From an uncultured virus (IMG/VR IMGVR_UViG_3300022929_002303) (lineage: Duplodnaviria > Heunggongvirae > Uroviricota > Caudoviricetes): 64,000 nt of DNA. Below, in pieces: positions 58,257 to 64,000 of the stretch; the first letter of the stretch is position 1; each line of letters starts with the position of its first letter. The stretch lies in the IMG/VR virus record IMGVR_UViG_3300022929_002303; one strand, given 5' to 3'. A model generated the notes under the pieces. That model had not been told where the DNA came from. It searched no databases and saw only the letters and a list, made by a program, of their open reading frames with translations. Made by a program: the position numbers and the translations under genes.

Positions 58257-58924
58257 CACAAAGCAGTTGGGAACAATTAAAACAAAGAAGCAATTATCAC
58301 TTTGACCCTGATTTGATGCATCCTCTCTATGATACAGTCGATAGAGTAGGCGTAATTGATTTGAGTAGCATCACACAAGAAGAATTAGACAAAGTTGTAG
58401 CAGAGTCTAAAGAAGCAACATGGCGTACGAGAGGCAACCCTAAAAAAGAATCTAAAGTCAGAGGAGAAGATGAATTTAAGACTGAAGACTATGACTTAGA
58501 AAAGACAGGTTATGGTATTGACTATGTTGTCAGTAATCTTAACTGGGAAGTGCCACCAAACATACAAGCAATTGCAGATCAGTTTGGTTTAGATGATATG
58601 ATGACTAGAATTCATGTACAAAATCCAGGTCAAGTATGGAACTTGCACATGGACAAATTAGAAAAATGGAACTTTGAAGACCCAAGTACTGTAGAAAGAT
58701 ACATGATTCAATTATCTGATTGGAGACCCGGTCAATGGTTTAGTTATGGTAACTATACTTTTGAGCATTGGAAAGCAGGAGATGTGACTACATTTAGATG
58801 GCAAGATGTTCCTCACTCAACTGCAAACGCAGGTCATCACCCTCGTATTACTTTACAAGTTACTGGAGTTCGTACTGATAAATCTAAAGAGTTTATACGA
58901 TTGTTACGAAAAGGAGAGTTATAA
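58253..58924 (+). CDS. 2-oxoglutarate/Fe(II)-dependent oxygenase-like protein
   Basis: 'Q.PGQ...LHMD...W.AGDV..F....PHSTANAG...R..LQ.TG' (HxD...H...R). Confidence 0.8.
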   Translation: MTQSSWEQLKQRSNYHFDPDLMHPLYDTVDRVGVIDLSSITQEELDKVVAESKEATWRTRGNPKKESKVRGEDEFKTEDYDLEKTGYGIDYVVSNLNWEVPPNIQAIADQFGLDDMMTRIHVQNPGQVWNLHMDKLEKWNFEDPSTVERYMIQLSDWRPGQWFSYGNYTFEHWKAGDVTTFRWQDVPHSTANAGHHPRITLQVTGVRTDKSKEFIRLLRKGEL

Positions 58925-59185
58925 CTCTCTTTTGTTGACATCCTTGCAGATTTCTTTTGCAAGATCACTACCAGTTGTCACAAACAAAAACGGAAAGAAC
59001 GCATGTATGATAACAGCAAGGCCTGTTAATAGCATACTTACACCATAGTACAATGCACAACTTAAATGTTCCGTGTATGTTTCACCCAAAGAGTGTGGAT
59101 GTTCTGTAAATTTGTTTCGGAGTTTATTGAAAAACGTGATTGTTTTGCTCTCCGTATATTTTAATATACTTGCCGGCAATTTCAT
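58919..59185 (-). CDS. Small membrane protein (DUF6356-like)
   Basis: 'F.EHP.S.GETY.EH...A.......G....IHA.FPFLF..T.S'. Confidence 0.7.
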   Translation of the reverse strand: MKLPASILKYTESKTITFFNKLRNKFTEHPHSLGETYTEHLSCALYYGVSMLLTGLAVIIHAFFPFLFVTTGSDLAKEICKDVNKREL

Positions 59186-59663
59186 CTGCTTCTGATTCTA
59201 TAGGAGACCCTGGATAACTTGAATTGGGTGTGATTAAACCTTTTTCTCCTTGTCTGATATGAACAAGTTCATGGAATACTGTTCTAAGAATATCAATTAG
59301 ATTTCTGTTGCCATAGACCCAAATCTCGTCAGAACCAAGTTCGTGTCTACCCGTATGATGACCGTCTTGTGCCTCTTGTGTATCATAACTTAACTTGACT
59401 TTAGGCATATTTTCAATTTTTAAAACATTACCCATCCAATGTGCGGCTTTTGTTACTTCATCCTCAATGTTTAAACCATCATCAAACATTTGATCAGAAG
59501 CAGTTAATTCTTGTCTTGCTTTGTGTGCTTGTTTGGCAGCCTGCTTGGCATTACGATAAATTTTACCTTTTTCGTCTACGTTATATTGATCACTCTTAAT
59601 CTTGGGAAGTCTGTTTTCCAAGTCTTTAAGCGGATCTTCATTGATAAATTGATAGGCTCTCAT
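59124..59663 (-). CDS. Leader-bearing zincin metallopeptidase-like protein
   Basis: Start re-called to MRAYQFINE|D; 'DILRT..HELVH..Q...E.EA...AG'. Confidence 0.75.
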   Translation of the reverse strand: MRAYQFINEDPLKDLENRLPKIKSDQYNVDEKGKIYRNAKQAAKQAHKARQELTASDQMFDDGLNIEDEVTKAAHWMGNVLKIENMPKVKLSYDTQEAQDGHHTGRHELGSDEIWVYGNRNLIDILRTVFHELVHIRQGEKGLITPNSSYPGSPIESEADEIAGKYIKIYGEQNNHVFQ

Positions 59664-59668
59664 ACTAT

Positions 59669-59676
59669 TATTTATC
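59669..59676 (-). promoter_or_regulatory. Late promoter GATAAATA (minus strand)
   Basis: Plus-strand TATTTATC; 5-nt spacer to the ATG at 59663. Confidence 0.7.
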
Positions 59677-59703
59677 AATAATTGCTTTTGGGAAATGTTT
59701 TGC

Positions 59704-59732
59704 TTGACTCTAACCGTATTAAATATTACAAT
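59704..59732 (+). promoter_or_regulatory. Sigma70-type promoter
   Basis: TTGACT, 17 nt, TACAAT; ATG at 59740. Confidence 0.75.
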
Positions 59733-59739
59733 AGAACAC

Positions 59740-59961
59740 ATGATATTACCTGAAGTTGAAAAAGCACTACATATCATTTGGGAACTAGAGTATGAAATGT
59801 TGAATGAAAGAAACTGTGGTTACACGGGTTCAGACATGAAAAAGAAACTCTGGCAGATCAAAATGAGAGTAGACAAAGCAATTGCAAAGGCCCCGGTCTA
59901 TCATGGTGACCCAAACTACGAACAAGAATATCTTGTAGCAAAAATTAAAGGCGAAGTATGA
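59740..59961 (+). CDS. Hypothetical protein
   Basis: Start re-called to MILPEVEK, just after the promoter. Confidence 0.65.
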   Translation: MILPEVEKALHIIWELEYEMLNERNCGYTGSDMKKKLWQIKMRVDKAIAKAPVYHGDPNYEQEYLVAKIKGEV

Positions 59962-60758
59962 AGTTAGGTATAATCGGTAAAGGGTTTGTTGGCTCCGCAG
60001 TCAGCAATGGTTTTACTAATGATACAGAACAATTTATCGTTGACCCAGCAATTAATTCTCACACAATCAAAGATTTAGTAGAATGGAATCCAGACATGAT
60101 ATTTGTCTGTGTGCCTACTCCACAACAAGAATCACATTTAGACGTAGATACTCACATAGTACGTGAAGTATTACTTAACATTGGACTTACAGACTATGCA
60201 AACGTTGTAGTAGTTAAATCTACTATTACTCCTAATCATCTAACGCAGTTTAAGAAACTTTTTAGTGGATTACGACTTGTATATAATCCTGAGTTCTTAA
60301 CTGAAGCAAACAGTTTAGAAGACTTTATCAATCCAAATATGCAAATACTAGGTGGAGAGTTACAAGACTGCATCGAAGTAGAACAAGCATACATTCATCA
60401 TAGTCAAGTCAAAATCGTACCCACATTCAAAACAGACTTCACAACAGCAAGTCTAATCAAATACACAATTAACAGTTGGTTAGCAACGAAAGTATCATTC
60501 TTTAATGAATTATTTCATTTGCACCAATCAAGCAATGCAGAGACTACATGGGAGCAGTTTACTGACATGGTAAAACGTGACCCAAGAATAGGAGACAGTC
60601 ATATGCAAGTCCCTGGACCAGATGGTAAGTTTGGTTTTGGTGGACACTGTTTTCCGAAAGATACAAAAGCATTGTTATATTATTCTAAACTAGAGGGGGC
60701 GCCGCTCACTCTATTAGAAAATGTCATCCAACAAAACGATGACGACAGAAACGGGTAA
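59958..60758 (+). CDS. ugd: UDP-glucose/GDP-mannose 6-dehydrogenase (short phage type)
   Basis: 'GKGFVG', 'CVPTP', 'KST', 'NPEFL.E', 'KY..N..LA.K..F.NE', 'DPRIG', 'GFGGHCFPKD'. Confidence 0.9.
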   Translation: MKLGIIGKGFVGSAVSNGFTNDTEQFIVDPAINSHTIKDLVEWNPDMIFVCVPTPQQESHLDVDTHIVREVLLNIGLTDYANVVVVKSTITPNHLTQFKKLFSGLRLVYNPEFLTEANSLEDFINPNMQILGGELQDCIEVEQAYIHHSQVKIVPTFKTDFTTASLIKYTINSWLATKVSFFNELFHLHQSSNAETTWEQFTDMVKRDPRIGDSHMQVPGPDGKFGFGGHCFPKDTKALLYYSKLEGAPLTLLENVIQQNDDDRNG

Positions 60759-60766
60759 ATATACCC

Positions 60767-60795
60767 TTGACAACATACAGACTATTCTGTATACT
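60767..60795 (+). promoter_or_regulatory. Sigma70-type promoter
   Basis: TTGACA, 17 nt, TATACT. Confidence 0.8.
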
Positions 60796-60830
60796 ATATG
60801 CATAGATTTACATAATCATAGGAGATAATA

Positions 60831-61091
60831 ATGGCAGGTAAATACTTTAATCCAGAGCAAGTTAATAAAATGAAGCAACTTGTTAATGAAGGCATGGCAG
60901 TAATGCAAGAAGTTGAGACACTTAACGGCGGACTCAATGATACTGTAAAAGCAATCGCAGAAGAACTTGAAATCAAGCCTTCTATTCTTAAGAAAGCAAT
61001 TAGAATTGCATACAAAAGCAATCTAATGGACACAAATGCTGACCACGAACAACTGAACGATATCTTGGAGACTGTTGGTCGAACTCTTTAA
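60831..61091 (+). CDS. Small dsDNA-binding protein (T4 DsbA/GapR-like)
   Basis: 86-aa helical protein 'E...L...L.DT.KAIAEEL.IKP.IL.KAI.IA.K'; SD AGGAG. Confidence 0.65.
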   Translation: MAGKYFNPEQVNKMKQLVNEGMAVMQEVETLNGGLNDTVKAIAEELEIKPSILKKAIRIAYKSNLMDTNADHEQLNDILETVGRTL

Positions 61092-61717
61092 TGCCAAGAC
61101 TTGTCACGTTTGGATGTTCATTTACATACGGCCACAGTTTACCTGACTGTTATATAGGAAATGGACGTCCAGGTGATTCTCCTAGTAAGTTTGCTTGGCC
61201 AAATCTACTAGCAGAAAAGTTAGATTACGAGTGTTTAAATTTATCTGCTTGTGGTTCGGGTAATTATCAAATTTTACTAGATATTTTACGGACAGATTTT
61301 AAACAGGATGATTTAGTTGTAATAGGATATTCGTATTTTGATAGATATGAAAATTACCTAATGACTGATAAAATTGACGCAGGCTTTCAAATAACTTCAG
61401 AGTCTAAAGAACTTCAACATAGAATAGAAATCAATAAAGTTATGTTAGGTGAGACAAGTGAAGAACAAAAGTTTTGGAATAATTGGTTATCCATACAACA
61501 TGCAGAAATGATATTAAACTCTAAAAATATAAAAAATTATTCGTTTCTCAATGTGCCAGAAATAGCACAAGAAACAAAACCTGACTTGATCGAAATGCAA
61601 AACTTTATCGATCATATCAAATTAACATTTAAGGATTATGCTTTGGACAAAGAACATCCAGGAATTGAGACTCATCAGTTGCAATCAGAACAACTTTATA
61701 GTACAATAGCACTATGA
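61091..61717 (+). CDS. SGNH/GDSL-like hydrolase or acyltransferase
   Basis: 'FGCSFTYG...WP..LA.....NL...G.GN...D..HPG...H'. Confidence 0.7.
   Translation: MPRLVTFGCSFTYGHSLPDCYIGNGRPGDSPSKFAWPNLLAEKLDYECLNLSACGSGNYQILLDILRTDFKQDDLVVIGYSYFDRYENYLMTDKIDAGFQITSESKELQHRIEINKVMLGETSEEQKFWNNWLSIQHAEMILNSKNIKNYSFLNVPEIAQETKPDLIEMQNFIDHIKLTFKDYALDKEHPGIETHQLQSEQLYSTIAL
61679..61707 (+). promoter_or_regulatory. Sigma70-type promoter for the DNA polymerase, inside the upstream CDS
   Basis: TTGCAA, 17 nt, TACAAT; ATG 61714 follows after 6 nt. Confidence 0.55.
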
Positions 61718-64000
61718 GTTATATCGACGCCATACATGATAAATCTGCGGAACGAATACATGTCGTAGAACGTACCCCTGAGGGTAACAGAGACTTTAAA
61801 GAGTATCCTACGAATTATGTTCTGTATTATGAAGATCCTAAGGGCAAACATCGATCACTTTATGGCACTCCTGTCAAAAAGTTTTCGTCACGTAAACAAG
61901 CAGAGTGGGAGAAAGAGAAACGCATCCACGGTAAGAAACGTCTGTTTGAAGCAGACATTCCGATCGTCTTCAGATGCCTTAGTGAAAACTATCTGAAGGT
62001 TGATGCCCCTAAACTGCATACGTGTTTTTTTGATATCGAGGTAGACTTTGATCCTAGTAGAGGATTCTCTCCTCCAAGTGATCCATTCAATCCTGTGACT
62101 GCTGTTAGTCTATACTTAGACTGGCTTGATCAGTTAGTATGTCTTGCAGTTCCCCCTAAGCATATGACGTATGAGACTGCACAAGAAGCAATCGCAGAGT
62201 TCCCTGATACTATGTTGTTCAGAACAGAGAAAGAATTGTTTGATGCATTCTTTTCTTTAATCGAAGATGCAGATGTGTTGTCAGGTTGGAACTCAGAAGG
62301 ATATGATATTCCGTATATGGTCAATCGTGTTACACGTGTGATGTCTAAAGATGATACACGTAGATTTTGTCTGTTAGGGCAGTATCCTAAGAAACGTAAG
62401 TATGAACGATTTGGTAAAGAAGAAGAAACGTTTGACTTAGTTGGTCGTATTCACTTAGACTATCTACAACTCTATAAAAAGTACAACTATGAATCTCGCC
62501 ATAGTTATAAACTAGATGCGATTGGTGAAATGGAAGTTGGTGAAAAGAAGACTGAGTATGAAGGGTCACTAGATCAACTGTACAACAAAGACTTTAAAAA
62601 GTTCATCGAATATAACAGACAGGATACATTACTGCTTAAGAAACTAGATGATAAGTTGCAGTTCTTAGAACTTGCTAATCAACTGGCGCATGAAAATACT
62701 GTGTTGCTTCCAACTGTTATGGGCTCAGTTGCTATGATTGAAATGGCAGTGATGAATGAAGCACATGAACGTGGCATGGTTGTACCCAATAAGATAAGAC
62801 AGAATATCAATACAATCAGTGAAGGACAAGCGGCAGGTGCTTATGTGATGAATCCTAAGAAAGGACTACATGAGTGGATAGGCTCTATTGATATTAACTC
62901 ACTTTATCCTTCAACTATTCGTGCATTGAACATGGCTCCAGAGACAATCGTCGGGCAAGTCAGACAGACTCTTACTGAACAATATATGCAAGAGAAAGGA
63001 CTGGAACTGGCTAAGAAGAAACCTAGATACAAAGAAGGTGATGCTCCAGTAGAAGGACCCGTACTATGGGAAGGTCTTTTCGGCTCACTAGAGTACACTG
63101 CCATTCAAAATCAGGAACGTGGCACTATGCTGACGATTGATTATGAAGATGGCAGAGAAGAACAGATGAGTGCCGCAGAAGCATGGAAGATGATTTACGA
63201 TTCTAATAATCCTTATATCCTTAGTGCAAATGGTACAATCTTTAGATCAGATACTGAAGGTGTGATTCCTGGACTGTTATCTAAATGGTATTCTGATCGT
63301 AAGATTATGCAAGGTAAACTCAGAGAAGCAACTACAAAAGAAGACATTGAGTATTGGGACAAACGTCAGTTAGTTCGTAAAATTTTGCTTAACTCTGCAT
63401 ATGGTGCACTTTTGAATGAGCATTGTCGATTCTATGATAAACGCATAGGACAAAGTACAACACTCACAGGTCGTTCTATCACTAAGCATATGTCAGCATT
63501 TGTTAATGAAATAATGACTGGTAAATATGATCACACAGGTGAATCAATGATTTATGGTGATACTGACTCATGTTACTTTAGTGCATGGCCCATGCTTAAA
63601 GATGATCTTCCAGCAGATATGTCATTAGAAGACAAAAAGCAGACATTTATTGACTTGTATGAAAGTATGTCTGACCAATGTAATGTATCGTTTCCTGGCT
63701 TTATGGAAAAAGCATTTCATTGTCCACGTGACAAAGGTATGATTATCAAAGGTGGCAGAGAAGTCTGTGGTGACAGAGGATTGTTTATTACTAAGAAAAG
63801 ATATGCAATCAATATCTATGATGCAGAAAATAAACGTACTGACAAAGATGGTGCGATGAAAGTTAAGGCAATGGGCTTAGACTTAAAGAGAGCAGATACT
63901 CCTGCATATGTACAAGACTTCTTAATGGAAGTTTTAGAAATGACACTATCAGGTAAACAACGTGATGATATTATCGAAAAGATTAAAGAGTTTAAAATAT
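61714..64000 (+). CDS. Family B DNA polymerase (T4 gp43-like), 3'-truncated; absent from the ORF track
   Basis: Translated by hand: MSYIDAIHDK...; exonuclease 'FFDIEVD', 'GWNSEGYD', 'YNRQD'; polymerase 'DINSLYPS', 'KILLNSAYG', 'YGDTDS', 'KKRY'. Confidence 0.95.
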   Translation, partial: MSYIDAIHDKSAERIHVVERTPEGNRDFKEYPTNYVLYYEDPKGKHRSLYGTPVKKFSSRKQAEWEKEKRIHGKKRLFEADIPIVFRCLSENYLKVDAPKLHTCFFDIEVDFDPSRGFSPPSDPFNPVTAVSLYLDWLDQLVCLAVPPKHMTYETAQEAIAEFPDTMLFRTEKELFDAFFSLIEDADVLSGWNSEGYDIPYMVNRVTRVMSKDDTRRFCLLGQYPKKRKYERFGKEEETFDLVGRIHLDYLQLYKKYNYESRHSYKLDAIGEMEVGEKKTEYEGSLDQLYNKDFKKFIEYNRQDTLLLKKLDDKLQFLELANQLAHENTVLLPTVMGSVAMIEMAVMNEAHERGMVVPNKIRQNINTISEGQAAGAYVMNPKKGLHEWIGSIDINSLYPSTIRALNMAPETIVGQVRQTLTEQYMQEKGLELAKKKPRYKEGDAPVEGPVLWEGLFGSLEYTAIQNQERGTMLTIDYEDGREEQMSAAEAWKMIYDSNNPYILSANGTIFRSDTEGVIPGLLSKWYSDRKIMQGKLREATTKEDIEYWDKRQLVRKILLNSAYGALLNEHCRFYDKRIGQSTTLTGRSITKHMSAFVNEIMTGKYDHTGESMIYGDTDSCYFSAWPMLKDDLPADMSLEDKKQTFIDLYESMSDQCNVSFPGFMEKAFHCPRDKGMIIKGGREVCGDRGLFITKKRYAINIYDAENKRTDKDGAMKVKAMGLDLKRADTPAYVQDFLMEVLEMTLSGKQRDDIIEKIKEFKI

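Noticed and set aside
59640..59679. 10-bp inverted repeat ATTGATAAAT/ATTTATCAAT around the peptidase start
   Set aside because: One arm is the promoter and the other encodes the leader (QFIN); AT-rich and probably coincidental, and it would not form in a leaderless mRNA.
61714..64000. Intein or intron in the DNA polymerase
   Set aside because: Motifs appear in normal order in one open frame, and no intein-like C...HN block was seen by eye.
1..64000. tRNA, rRNA or large ncRNA genes
   Set aside because: Intergenic gaps are short (mostly under 200 nt) and explained by promoters and terminators; no cloverleaf was recognised by eye. tRNAscan-SE or Infernal would confirm.

Overview
This 64-kb window is an internal segment of a large, AT-rich, contractile-tailed dsDNA phage distantly related to T4 (probably jumbo-size; the host is likely Gram-negative). 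From left to right it holds: a dNMP kinase and an HNH protein; a tail and head module (oversized sheath, tube, tube-like gp54, gp4-like nuclease, long repetitive fibre, M15 peptidase, Ig-domain baseplate protein); a replication and chaperone block (truncated DnaE-like protein, GroES, clamp loader, PhoH, DnaJ, ClpA); a ~22-kb block (31.9-53.4 kb) of proteins carrying T4-like N-terminal capsid-targeting/protease leaders and internal hydrophobic-x-E junctions; an eight-gene late-promoter enzyme cluster (methyltransferase, di-iron protein, GATase, APS-kinase/NTase fusion, cupin, two sulfotransferase-like proteins, 2OG-Fe oxygenase); and the start of a family B DNA polymerase that the ORF track missed. 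Two promoter classes are readable: sigma70 (TTGACA-17-TATAAT) and T4-late-like (NNTAAATA), and many sit so that transcription would start at the ATG (leaderless). The best candidates for an undescribed system are (1) a modular capsid-cargo/polyprotein system with an N-terminal tag and a second shared motif E(D/L)I(K/R)RL(S/A)G(L/V), and (2) a late-expressed sulfation/oxidation/glycosylation pathway that may decorate a tail fibre carrying about 50 N-x-S/T sequons. All functional calls are by-eye motif recognition; no searches were run. No rRNA, tRNA or CRISPR array was recognised.
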